Part shown: piece after piece, positions 1 to 8,229 of the stretch
How the letters are laid out: each line of letters opens with the position of its first letter
Position numbering within the stretch: position 1 is the first letter of the stretch
Assembly: GCA_004376075.1 (NCBI GenBank)
Contig: SOJQ01000018.1
Span: 1 to 34,414, forward strand
DNA: 34,414 nt
Direction of reading: 5' to 3'
DNA from: Dehalococcoidia bacterium
GTDB lineage: Bacteria; Chloroflexota; Dehalococcoidia; E44-bin15
Position numbers and translations under genes: made by a program
The notes under the pieces: generated by a model
Told to the model about the DNA's origin: nothing
Database searches by the model: none
The model's input: only the letters and a program-made list of their open reading frames with translations

Positions 1-746
1 AGTGCCCCTGCGCCTTCCGTCTGCATGATAAAGCGCCGGTAGTGGGGAGCGGCTGTGGCCTTGATGGCAAAGGGCATGCTCTTCGAGAGGGCATAAAGCT
101 GTTCAAAGACCTGCTCATGCTCCTCCGGGGAGAGCATATCCTCACACCTCCCGCGCCCTGTGGGCACCAGGAAGAAAACGTCCCACACAGTAGCGCCAAA
201 CTCGGCCACCTTTAAGGCGATCCCCTCAAGGTCCTGAGCGTTATAGCGGCTTACTGTGCTGCTGATCTGCAGGGGAAGCCCAACCTCCTTGGCGTAGGTC
301 AGACACCTGACGCTGCGCTCAAAGGACCCCTTTGTGCGGCGGAAGAGGTCGTGGATTTCGGCAGTGGGCCCGTCGAGGCTGAAGGAAAGCCGGGCCAAAC
401 CCGTCTCCTTGAGCCTTTCTAGCACCTTGGAGGTCACCAGGCCGGTGGCGCTGAGGGCAAGCCCAACCCTGAGCCCCTTGCCTGTTGCGTATTCAACAAA
501 TTCCAAAAGCTCTGGCCTCATCAAGGGATCGCCCCCGGTGATGATGAAGAGGGGGCTGCCCAAGGCGGCGATTTGGTCCATTAAATTGAATCCTTCGCTG
601 GTGGTGAGTTCTTGGGGGTGCCGTTGGGGCTGTGCCTCGGCGCGGCAATGGAGGCAGACCAAGGTGCAGGCACGCGTCACCTCCCAGAAAACGATAAACG
701 GCCTTTCATCAAACTGGGCTGGGGAGCCCCCTCCTAAACGTTCCAT
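1..746 (-). CDS. Radical SAM (SPASM-type family) protein, N-terminal ~248 codons; the C-terminus lies outside the window
   Basis: The ORF is open at the window edge, so it is absent from the ORF track. Reverse-strand translation from the ATG (complement of 744-746) gives MERLGGGSPAQFDERPFIVFWEVTRACTLVCLHCRAEAQ...FIITGGDPLMRPELLEF... It carries the CxxxCxxC radical-SAM cluster motif (CTLVCLHC) and a GGDP SAM-binding motif. It starts 16 nt after the stop of the upstream rSAM gene. Confidence 0.8.
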   Translation of the reverse strand, partial: MERLGGGSPAQFDERPFIVFWEVTRACTLVCLHCRAEAQPQRHPQELTTSEGFNLMDQIAALGSPLFIITGGDPLMRPELLEFVEYATGKGLRVGLALSATGLVTSKVLERLKETGLARLSFSLDGPTAEIHDLFRRTKGSFERSVRCLTYAKEVGLPLQISSTVSRYNAQDLEGIALKVAEFGATVWDVFFLVPTGRGRCEDMLSPEEHEQVFEQLYALSKSMPFAIKATAAPHYRRFIMQTEGAGA

Positions 747-762
747 CGACCTACCACCTGCG

Positions 763-1923
763 CTATGTCGAAGCATCGATTCCTATTTCCTCGTCCCTTA
801 GATAGCAGGCGGGGTCTTCCGCCCACACATCGCCGTAGAAGGCCTCGGCTCGGACGCGCATATTGCCGGCGCAGATCTCAAAATAGCGGCAATGGGCACA
901 GCGTCCTTTTATCATATGTCTCTTGTTCCTCAGCCCCCACATCAGGGGATCCGAGGTGTCTTCCCAGATCTCGGAGAAATTTCGCCTTCTTACGTTGCCA
1001 AAGGAATAATGGTGCCAGAATTGGTCGGCATGAACCTCCCCCACACTATCTATGCAGGCGATACCCACCCCGGAGCTATTGCCTCCATTTAGGAGCAACA
1101 ATTTATGAACCTCCTCTGCCCGCGCCGGGTTTTCCTCCTTTAGCTTTAGATAAAGGTATACCCCATCGGTATGACCAGCAACGGTCAGTATCTCCTTAAC
1201 ACGACCCCGGCGATGAAGATCGAGGGTTCTTTCGAAGATAAGTTCGACGGCTTTTCTCGTCTCCTCGTGGTTGAGGTCTCCATTAATTAATCTTCTGCCC
1301 CGTCCCGTATAAACGAGGTGATAAAAGCAACACCGTGGCAGGTCTTCCTCCTCAAGCAAATCGAAGACATAGCTCAGTTGATGGTGATTGTATTTGGCAA
1401 TAGTAAAGCGGAGCCCAACCTTCATCCCCGTGTCACGGCAATTGCGGATTCCCCGCAAGCTCTCCAGAAAGGCACCCTCCCTACCCCTAAACCTATCATG
1501 AGTCTCCTGGGCTCCGTCGATACTGATGCCTACATAAGAAACACCCACTTCCTTTAGCCCCCGGGCTATACGGGGTGTGATCAGGATGCCGTTGGTCGAG
1601 AGCATTACCCTTATCCCCTTTCCCACAGCGTGCTCTATCAGAGCAAAGAGGTCGTCTCTGAGAAGGGGTTCCCCTCCGGACAAAAGCAAGCTGGAGACAC
1701 CAAATTTGGCGAGGTCATCGATGAGGCGCTTCCCTTCCTCGGTGGTCAATTCTTCAGCGGATTCCCTCTCCCAGGCGTCAATGTAGCAGTGGATACAGTG
1801 GAGATTACAGCGGCGAGTGAGGTTCCAAACCACTACAGGCTTCTTATGGACGGTTGACCCTTCATAGCGTAGGTCATCGCCCGGCATAGACTGTCCGCAG
1901 AGCAACCTCGTTATTCCAATCAT
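763..1923 (-). CDS. Radical SAM/SPASM protein, NirJ/AhbC/AhbD-like (siroheme-dependent heme pathway type)
   Basis: 386-aa ORF with the CNLHCIHCY (CxxxCxxC) motif and an SGGEPLL motif. The C-terminus is Cys-rich and SPASM-like (GRCAHCRYFEICAGN...DPACY). The N-terminus (LLCG..DDLRY...KPVVVWNLTRRCN) recalls NirJ/Ahb-type enzymes; that subfamily call is from memory only. Confidence 0.8.
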   Translation of the reverse strand: MIGITRLLCGQSMPGDDLRYEGSTVHKKPVVVWNLTRRCNLHCIHCYIDAWERESAEELTTEEGKRLIDDLAKFGVSSLLLSGGEPLLRDDLFALIEHAVGKGIRVMLSTNGILITPRIARGLKEVGVSYVGISIDGAQETHDRFRGREGAFLESLRGIRNCRDTGMKVGLRFTIAKYNHHQLSYVFDLLEEEDLPRCCFYHLVYTGRGRRLINGDLNHEETRKAVELIFERTLDLHRRGRVKEILTVAGHTDGVYLYLKLKEENPARAEEVHKLLLLNGGNSSGVGIACIDSVGEVHADQFWHHYSFGNVRRRNFSEIWEDTSDPLMWGLRNKRHMIKGRCAHCRYFEICAGNMRVRAEAFYGDVWAEDPACYLRDEEIGIDAST

Positions 1924-1929
1924 TGTAAA

Positions 1930-2580
1930 TCAATTGGCGCCAAACGACCTCTCATAGGTTTCGATTGTCGATAGGAGGAAATTGTCCATGAGGGTTGCGA
2001 CCTGCTCCTGTATCTTCATCGCCTTTTCCGCGGGAAGAGAGCGGTCTATGGCGACCCGCTTTGCCACATCAACCAACGAATCTCGGAAGAAGAGAAATGC
2101 CTCAAACACTTGCTTCAAAGAGAGCTTTACCGCCGCAAGCTGAGAGCCGTATTCGTTGCCCAGGCTTCGAGCCTCGGCCAAAAGCGCCTTCCTATCGGGG
2201 TTGGTGATGTAATCCGCTACCAGGGTGTGAAGGCGTCGGCCCAACAGCCGCATCCTGACCCTGGCTTCTTCATCAAAAGCTTGATACCAGGGGGAGTCGG
2301 CCAGCTTTCCCTCTCGAATCCGCCTCCGGGCCTCTTCCAGTGCTACTTCGTCCAGGGAGCCCAGATTGGGCACCTTTTCCTTGGTTCGCATCAAGGCCGA
2401 AAGATCTTCCTCGGCAAATCGGCGATGACCCCCGGGGGTGCGAACCGACCTTAACTCTCTCCGGTCTGCCCATCGCCTGAGTGTGGTTTCATCCACGCCA
2501 AGCAGTCTCGAAGCCTCTCCCAGGCTTAACAAACGCCCCTTTTTGGCTATTTCTTGCAGAGTGTCGTTTCCCTCTTCCAT
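1930..2580 (-). CDS. MerR/excisionase-type HTH regulator with an all-helical C-terminal (sensor-like) domain
   Basis: The HTH segment LSLGEASRLLGVDETTLRRWADRRELRSVRTPGGHRRF is followed by about 130 helical residues of unknown function. The track start at 2598 is a TTG; the ATG at 2580 (MEEGNDT...) is preferred but not certain. The stop lies 6 nt before the rSAM start, so the gene is probably co-transcribed. Confidence 0.7.
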   Translation of the reverse strand: MEEGNDTLQEIAKKGRLLSLGEASRLLGVDETTLRRWADRRELRSVRTPGGHRRFAEEDLSALMRTKEKVPNLGSLDEVALEEARRRIREGKLADSPWYQAFDEEARVRMRLLGRRLHTLVADYITNPDRKALLAEARSLGNEYGSQLAAVKLSLKQVFEAFLFFRDSLVDVAKRVAIDRSLPAEKAMKIQEQVATLMDNFLLSTIETYERSFGAN

Positions 2581-2598
2581 ACCAGAAATTCTATGCAA

Positions 2599-3535
2599 AT
2601 CTTCGAATTCTAATCACACTGTAAGATTTATACCATTTTTGAGACCTGCTGTCAATACCTCCACCTTGCTGCTTGCGCTGCACCATGCAGACGGTGCCTA
2701 GCTTGTAGCCCGTTTGGATTATTCGCCAGATTTCTTTTCCCCAGCTAGAAGCTTGGTAATCTCTTCTGTAAAGGATGGTTTGAGCAATCGAGGGGTGCTT
2801 TTTGACCTCTTCCCGTTCTTCGTTGGTTAAGCAACGCTTCTTGCCAAGAATTTGATCAGGGATGCCCAGCTTGCCGATATCATGAAGCAGTCCGCAGTTC
2901 GCAAACGGGCCAGCTCCTCATCTGACAGCCCCACGGCTTTTCCCAAACCAACTGCATACCTGGCTACTTTCTGAGAGTGCCCGTAGGTGAAATGGTCTTT
3001 GGCATCAATGGCTGCGGCCAGAGCGTAGATTGTGCTCAGGTACGCGGTGTACTCGGCCTTCTCTACCGCACCTGCTGTCTCCTTCTGCTCGCCCGCAACA
3101 ACTGAAATCGCCTCTTCCGTTATCGGCACGTATATGCTTGTTCTATTGCGACCCTCTCGCTTGGCTGTCAGCAGCGCCATACCCGCGCAAAAGACGAGGC
3201 TGTCGCGGTCCTGGCAGTGCGCTGGGAAACTGGCAATGCCTTGGCTGACTATCAACGTGCCCTGGATGCCCTTTCCCCTGGGGAAGGTGTAGCCCTCTAT
3301 TGCTTGGCGTACACGCTCGGTCATTGGGTATACTTGAGACGAGTTCATGCCGGGCGCTATTATTGCGAACTCCTCCCCGAAGTGGCATCTTCAGCGCCAG
3401 TTCAGCCTCCTCAGGGGTGAACCTCAGCTTTAGGATCTGCACGATCTCCCGGCGCAATGGAAGTGTGGGCTCCACGGTGGCGTAGTGCTCACGCAGACTC
3501 TGATATAGCTGGTCAGTTTCCTTGCCCGTTGTCAT
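2599..3535 (-). pseudogene. Composite gene relic: an unrelated ~50-codon N-terminal leader fused to the C-terminal half of a GGDEF domain and a frameshifted, degenerate HD-GYP domain
   Basis: Three reading frames are needed. (a) 3535 to ~3385 reads MTTGKETDQLY...ILKLRFTPEEAELALKMP. (b) The next frame has a TGA two codons before (C)HFGEEFAIIAPG...ERVRQAIE...SQGIASFPAH...ALLTAKREGRNR, which is a GG(D/E)EF motif and the distal half of a diguanylate cyclase domain. (c) The HD domain DHFTYGHSQKVARYAVGLG...EELARLRTA breaks by a 1-nt deletion near 2892. It continues in another frame as LLHDIGKLGIPDQILGKK.LTNEEREEVKKHP. The expected HHExxDGxGYP region is degenerate (IWRIIQTGYKLG) and runs into the MerR promoter. 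Confidence 0.55.
2627..2655 (-). promoter_or_regulatory. sigma70-type promoter for the MerR-rSAM-rSAM operon (TTGACA-17-TATAAA, with TGn upstream of the -10)
   Basis: Reverse strand reads TTGACA (2650-2655), a 17-nt spacer ending in TGG, then TATAAA (2627-2632). It lies about 45 nt upstream of the ATG at 2580. Confidence 0.5.
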
Positions 3536-3720
3536 TATGCCTACTTTGCTTTATCTGGATTATTCTAGCTCACTGAGACTGCTTTTCTTGATCTTCTCTC
3601 ATCTTGTTGAGCCATAGCAGTGTCCGTCCCGTAGCAATCAGGCTGCTGTGCCTTGCTTGCCTCAGTGGAGAAAACGATTTGTTGAGTTCACGGTTTACCC
3701 TAGCAGATGGGCCAGACGGC

Positions 3721-4389
3721 CTAGTCGAAGCCGCACCATGTGGTGATGCTTTCAACGGGCTCGCGCTGGCTCTCGAGTTTGTTCGCCGGGAAGCCCCAGT
3801 CCGGGTAGCCGATGGCGATGCTGGCGATGACCCGCTTGGACTCGGGTATGCCGGCATACTTCCTTACTACCTCCGGAAACATTATGCCTTGGTCCTCAAT
3901 ACAAGTCCCCAGGCCATAGTTCAGTGCCGCGAGGCATATGGTCTGCGAGATAGCACCGATATCGAACAAGGGCCGTGATTCATCCAGGGACCTATCGACA
4001 GAGAGGATGATGGCGGCCGGCGCATCAAAGAAACGGAAGCCCCTTTGCATCCATTCTGCTCTCTTCTCCTTATCTTCCCTGGCTATCCCCATAAGTTGGA
4101 AAATCTGAATGGCTAGGTCCACCTGGCGCTGCCGGTAGATGCCCTCGTACGGCTTGAATGGCATGTCTGGCTGCGGCACGACTCCAGACGCTAGCATCTC
4201 AACGTTGGCCCGCCTGATGTTGTCCAGCACCTCCCCGGTGACAACAGTAGTCTCCCATGGCTGCGTATTCACGCTGGAAGGGGACCGGGCGGCTATGTCC
4301 AGGATCTCCCTTAGCACCTCCTTGGGAACCGGATCGGGCTTATAGCCCCTTATGCTCTTGCGCACTCGTATGGCCTCTATGACGTCCAT
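3721..4389 (-). CDS. Nitroreductase family protein
   Basis: MDVIEAIRVRKSIRGYKPDPVPKEVLREILDIAARSPSSVNTQPWE is a typical nitroreductase N-terminus. The start was moved to the second ATG because AGGAGG lies 6 nt upstream of it. Confidence 0.85.
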   Translation of the reverse strand: MDVIEAIRVRKSIRGYKPDPVPKEVLREILDIAARSPSSVNTQPWETTVVTGEVLDNIRRANVEMLASGVVPQPDMPFKPYEGIYRQRQVDLAIQIFQLMGIAREDKEKRAEWMQRGFRFFDAPAAIILSVDRSLDESRPLFDIGAISQTICLAALNYGLGTCIEDQGIMFPEVVRKYAGIPESKRVIASIAIGYPDWGFPANKLESQREPVESITTWCGFD

Positions 4390-4508
4390 AGGCTGCCTCC
4401 TTTCCTTCATGTAGATTTGGGTAGCACATCAAAGAGCGGCTTTCATCATCAAACACCTTCTTCGTCCGATTCTCGTCTTACCTCCTTCGTCATTGCTACA
4501 AGGCCCGC

Positions 4509-5642
4509 TCAGGCGGCGGCAAGAGCGGCTTGAATCTCCTTCTTGGCAAACTCATCTGTCTCCCGTGCCAGACTGGCCTCCAGGATCTGCCTCGCTTGGC
4601 TGCCCCCGATCCTGCCCAGGGCCCAAGCGGCATAGCCACGTACCAACCCCTCCGCGTCGTCCATGGCCTGGGCGAGGTCGGGAATGAATGCCGGGTCGCC
4701 CATATTCCCCAGGGCGATGGCGGCATTTCTCTGGAAGTATTTCTTTCCTCTGATGTAGTTGTACATCAGCGGCTGCACCCTTTTAGTGTAGAACTCATCG
4801 GACAGGTTGAGGAGCTTGGTGAGTTCAAAATCCTGTGCCACCTTGACCAGGAATTCGTTCTGGGGCAGCTTTGCCTTTAACCTTCTCTGGTTTCTGGGGC
4901 ACACCTCCTGACAAATATCGCAGCCGTGGATCCAGGTGCCCATCTTCTCCCTGATCTCAGGCGGTATGTAGCTTGTAATACCCCCAGGATACCCATCCTG
5001 GGTCATAAAGGTGTTAAAGGCGATGCAGCACCGTGGGTCCATCTTCAGCGGCTCGTAGAGGGCCCCGGTGGGACAGGCGTCAATACAGGCTGTGCATTTT
5101 GGCGGGCACTTTACCTCCAGGGTGGGCGCATCATACTCAAGCTCGGCATCGACTACGAAGGCGGTGATGAGGATGAACGACCCTGCCCCATCGGCGAAGG
5201 CGAAGGTATTCTTTCCATAGTTGACCACTCCAGCCCGGGCTGCCGCCAACCTCTCGGGAACGACCAGTCGAGGGGCTACTTCGCACCCATTGCTCTCCAG
5301 GAACTCCCGCATCAGTTGACGCCGAGCCCCGTTGATGCGGTGGCGGGGGGCGAGGTAGAGTCGGGCCTGGTAGAGCCGACCTATCTTGCCCACAAGTTTA
5401 TCAGGAAAGGACTCCTTCGAGGCATCGTACACCAACGCTATGATGGATTTGGCCGATGGCATGATGCTCCTGGGCTCAGCGCCTTCGATTGGATGGAAAG
5501 CACTTTCGATATACCAGGCGTACATTTCATGCCTGGAGTTGAGTTCCGCAACATAGTCGGGAAAGCCATCGGCAGTGGTGATGCCTACTTTGCTGTAGCC
5601 CAGGTCAAGGGCAAAGTCCTTTATGTCTTCGCTTAGTGACAT
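4509..5642 (-). CDS. queG: Epoxyqueuosine reductase (QueG)-like Fe-S protein with a HEAT-repeat C-terminus
   Basis: Two ferredoxin-type cluster motifs are present (CPPKCTACIDACPTGA and HGCDICQEVCPRN). The C-terminal HEAT-like repeats read RNAAIALGNMGDPAFIPDLAQAMDDAEGLVRGYAAWALGRIG. The overall layout matches QueG as I recall it from Bacillus. AAGGAGG sits upstream of the ATG. Confidence 0.65.
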   Translation of the reverse strand: MSLSEDIKDFALDLGYSKVGITTADGFPDYVAELNSRHEMYAWYIESAFHPIEGAEPRSIMPSAKSIIALVYDASKESFPDKLVGKIGRLYQARLYLAPRHRINGARRQLMREFLESNGCEVAPRLVVPERLAAARAGVVNYGKNTFAFADGAGSFILITAFVVDAELEYDAPTLEVKCPPKCTACIDACPTGALYEPLKMDPRCCIAFNTFMTQDGYPGGITSYIPPEIREKMGTWIHGCDICQEVCPRNQRRLKAKLPQNEFLVKVAQDFELTKLLNLSDEFYTKRVQPLMYNYIRGKKYFQRNAAIALGNMGDPAFIPDLAQAMDDAEGLVRGYAAWALGRIGGSQARQILEASLARETDEFAKKEIQAALAAA

Positions 5643-5664
5643 TGTTCTCTACCTCCTTATTAGT

Positions 5665-6258
5665 TTAGGCTCTCACCTGCGAGGCGAAGTAGCTTTCGAA
5701 GAACCGATAAGTCTGGTCGTAAAACCTCAGATCGGAAAACGTCTTATACTGAAGCATAGCCCCCATAAGCGAGGAGATGATCAGGGTGGCCAGCTCTTCA
5801 GGATCGACCTCTTTCTTGATTTGCCCCCGGGTTTTACCCTTCTCCACTATGCCTACGACCCAGCGACGCCAGCTCGTCAGCCCTTCGCCTATCTTGCCTC
5901 TGAAACCCTCATGGACGTCGTCGACCTCAACTGCCGAATTCAGAATAAGGCAGCCGCCGGCAAAAACCCTATCTTCAGCGTAGGCCTTGTGGCCTCTCAT
6001 CATCCCCAGAAGCCTGTCGCAGGCATGCTCCTCAGCGTTGACAAAAGGGCCAACCTTGTCCTGAATCATCCTCCCTGCCTTCTCCAAAACGGCGTAGAAG
6101 ATGTCCTCCTTGCACTGGAAATGGCTATAGATGGCCCCCTTGCTCATCCCGATCGCCTCCACCAGATCGTCTATGGAGGTTCCACAGAAGCCCTTGACAC
6201 TGAAGATCTGGGCTGCCGTGTCCACTATGGCTTCCCTGGTGCGGGCACCTTTTCTCAT
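5665..6258 (-). CDS. TetR/AcrR family transcriptional regulator
   Basis: The HTH reads TREAIVDTAAQIFSVKGFCGTSIDDLVEAIGMSKGAIYSHFQCKEDIF. The start was placed at the ATG at 6258 (MRKGARTRE). The longer track ORF would begin upstream of the -10 box. Confidence 0.85.
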   Translation of the reverse strand: MRKGARTREAIVDTAAQIFSVKGFCGTSIDDLVEAIGMSKGAIYSHFQCKEDIFYAVLEKAGRMIQDKVGPFVNAEEHACDRLLGMMRGHKAYAEDRVFAGGCLILNSAVEVDDVHEGFRGKIGEGLTSWRRWVVGIVEKGKTRGQIKKEVDPEELATLIISSLMGAMLQYKTFSDLRFYDQTYRFFESYFASQVRA

Positions 6259-6295
6259 CGTACTAACCCCCCAAAATAGGGATACTGGGAGAAAA

Positions 6296-6315
6296 AATAC
6301 CGAACGGTCGTTATT
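6296..6315. promoter_or_regulatory. Imperfect 20-bp palindrome (AATACCGAAC/GGTCGTTATT, 8 of 10 positions pair) overlapping the -10/+1 region; candidate TetR autoregulatory operator
   Basis: The inverted repeat was read directly from the sequence. Its position over the -10 box and predicted start site is typical for TetR-family operators. Confidence 0.35.
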
Positions 6316-6341
6316 ATAATGCACGCCAGAAATGTTGTCAA
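6313..6341 (-). promoter_or_regulatory. Consensus sigma70 promoter (TTGACA-17-TATAAT) for the TetR / QueG-like / nitroreductase unit
   Basis: Reverse strand reads TTGACA at 6336-6341, an exactly 17-nt spacer, then TATAAT at 6313-6318. It lies about 55 nt upstream of the TetR ATG. Confidence 0.65.
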
Positions 6342-7237
6342 GGCTCTGGCTCCAGTTCCCACAACAATTGGACTCATGGCACTGCAGCGGCGACTTTAAG
6401 ACCGGGCACCAATTGTAGAAGGACTTTGCGTAGACCCTCTACAGCCCTTGAATTCACGCTCCTGCCTGAACAAAACATCGGAATGCGTGATGATAAAAGC
6501 TGCACTGTCGCCTCCGCTAGCAAAAGTGTATCGCGATCTCCTGCATTCATTCTCAACAACGGAGCTGCAGTTGCCAGTTAGCAGACAACAAGGCAGATGT
6601 GGTTCTCCATCGCGGGGGCTCAAAAGGATCTGGCTCAGATGTGAAATTCCTGCTCTAAGTGCCCAATTCTAAAGGGCAATGAACCGGGCCACATTAATCC
6701 ATACTAGTCGGCGTCTTCGCATATTGCTATGCCATTACGCCCTATCGAGGTCCAGTCAGTGATGAGTGCAGGAGCGAAGCTTTTTAAACATGATTTTTTA
6801 AAAAGGTAGCATAAATCGGATTTTTCAGTGCTAATGGAGCGCGAAAACGCGGATTTTCGGCTTTCCCTATGACCAAGGGATTGCTCCGAGCCCCAAAATG
6901 AGGGGCAGGTACCTTAACACAACTATTTATGGCCTGTGGAGCATCCCTCTGGCTGGAGATGGAAGGGTATAAGGATAGTAGGGAGTACCTGTGTGTGGAT
7001 AAGAAAGTCTGCGAGAGCCTCCTTTAGACGGAACTGAGTTATACCTTGAGGCGAAGAGGCAATTCCTTCTCAAAAGTCTCCCCACAGCAAAGACCTCGGG
7101 GCCAGCAATGCAGCAAGAACACGTCTCCCTTTTATGCCGTCTATGAATGAGCAAACTTGCCCCATTTTGCAAAAATTATGGTTTGGCTCACCAGAGCAGT
7201 TTTTAGCAAGCTTTCATTTCGACACCTGCCACAAAGC

Positions 7238-7266
7238 TTGACCTGGTCTCTCTACGGCGATATAAT
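7238..7266 (+). promoter_or_regulatory. sigma70 promoter TTGACC-17-TATAAT for the Fe-S operon
   Basis: TTGACC at 7238-7243, a 17-nt spacer, then TATAAT at 7261-7266. This leaves a leader of about 105 nt before AAAGGAGGTG and the ATG at 7377. Confidence 0.6.
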
Positions 7267-7376
7267 CTAGAGCTAGCGACCGCCCTGGATAAAAAGGAGC
7301 CTAGGTAGAATCGACCCGAAAGCATAAGAGCCTATTTCTTAGAGAGGCCTTACGTTCCAAAAAAGGAGGTGAAATT

Positions 7377-8213
7377 ATGTGTGTCTGGTGCGATCAATTT
7401 GCCGGTGGCTATGAGAGATGGTACTTCAACCCCGCCAACTATGCGAGGAGGCTCTACAAGATTAGAAAGGAGGAGGCGGAGGCACTGGGAGCGGAGGCCA
7501 ACCCTCAGGAAGCGGGTGGCATGGCCGTTTTAGGGAGGGAGTTTCTTGAGGCCAGGGAGAGGAATGACTATGAGGCTATGGAGAGGATGAAGCTGGAGGC
7601 TGAGCAGATGGCCTGGGGCACCCACTTCGGCCAGGTTATCACCCTGGATGAGGCCCTCAAGGTCACCGACATCATGTATCCCATCTCCCTGCTGACCTGC
7701 GCCTGTCGCCGCTCCATGGTGGGTGTCCCCGATGAGGAGAACTTCACCTGCAGGGGGCTGGGGCCTGGGAGGTATACGGGGGAGCGCTGGCCCGACACCT
7801 ATCGAGGGGGGGTCCACTTCCTCACCCCCGATGAGGCGAAGGAGGTTTTGACCAAGCTGAACAAGAGGGGCCTGGTACAGTCTATCTACACCTTTGGCAC
7901 CCCCTTTCTCGCCGGTCTGTGCAACTGCGACTACCCAGATTGCGCCTCTATCAGGACCGTGGTCGACTTTGGGGTCAGGGTGCTGTGGAGGGGACATTAT
8001 GTGGCCAAGGTAGACCCCGAGCTTTGCAATGGCTGCGCAGCATGTGTGGCGCGGTGCCAATTCAGGGCGCTAAGCTTTGCCCCCAGCAGGAACAAGGCCT
8101 ATATCGACCAGTTCCAGTGCTTCGGCTGCGGCCTCTGTGCCACGGAGTGTGACCAAGAGGCGATCACCCTGGTGGAGCGGGCCAGTCTGCCCTCCCTGGC
8201 CAACGTTTGGTAA
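7377..8213 (+). CDS. Uncharacterised Fe-S protein with a C-terminal 2x[4Fe-4S] ferredoxin domain
   Basis: There is an N-terminal CxxC (MCVWCDQF) and central Cys clusters (LLTCACRRS, FTCRG, GLCNCDYPDC). Two CxxCxxCxxxC-type motifs follow (CNGCAACVARC, CFGCGLCATEC). The SD is strong. Confidence 0.8.
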   Translation: MCVWCDQFAGGYERWYFNPANYARRLYKIRKEEAEALGAEANPQEAGGMAVLGREFLEARERNDYEAMERMKLEAEQMAWGTHFGQVITLDEALKVTDIMYPISLLTCACRRSMVGVPDEENFTCRGLGPGRYTGERWPDTYRGGVHFLTPDEAKEVLTKLNKRGLVQSIYTFGTPFLAGLCNCDYPDCASIRTVVDFGVRVLWRGHYVAKVDPELCNGCAACVARCQFRALSFAPSRNKAYIDQFQCFGCGLCATECDQEAITLVERASLPSLANVW

Positions 8214-8229
8214 GAATCAATAGAAAGGG

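Noticed and set aside
334-801. 155-aa plus-strand ORF at the left end, and the similar plus-strand ORFs at 765-1857
   Set aside because: They lie antisense to two well-supported radical SAM genes. Their composition is Arg/Ser/Pro-rich, typical of shadow frames in GC-rich DNA. They carry no motifs.
2599-3535. Programmed frameshifting or recoding to produce an intact GGDEF/HD-GYP protein
   Set aside because: At least two frame changes are needed, an in-frame stop sits next to the GGEEF motif, the HD-GYP signature is degenerate and the 3' end is truncated. Decay is the simpler explanation. Sequencing error cannot be excluded without reads.
3570-3857. 95-aa minus-strand Pro/Ser/Ala-rich ORF, and the similar ORFs at 4493-4726
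   Set aside because: They overlap the nitroreductase and QueG-like genes out of frame. Their composition is low-complexity and typical of shadow frames.
6342-7237. ORF-free gap considered as an IS element, tRNA, RNase P RNA, tmRNA or SRP RNA
   Set aside because: No terminal inverted repeats or transposase remnants were visible. None of the conserved cores I know was found (GGTTCGAATCC-type T-loops, GAGGAAAGTCC, a tmRNA 3' end). It is kept only as an unexplained gap in the findings.
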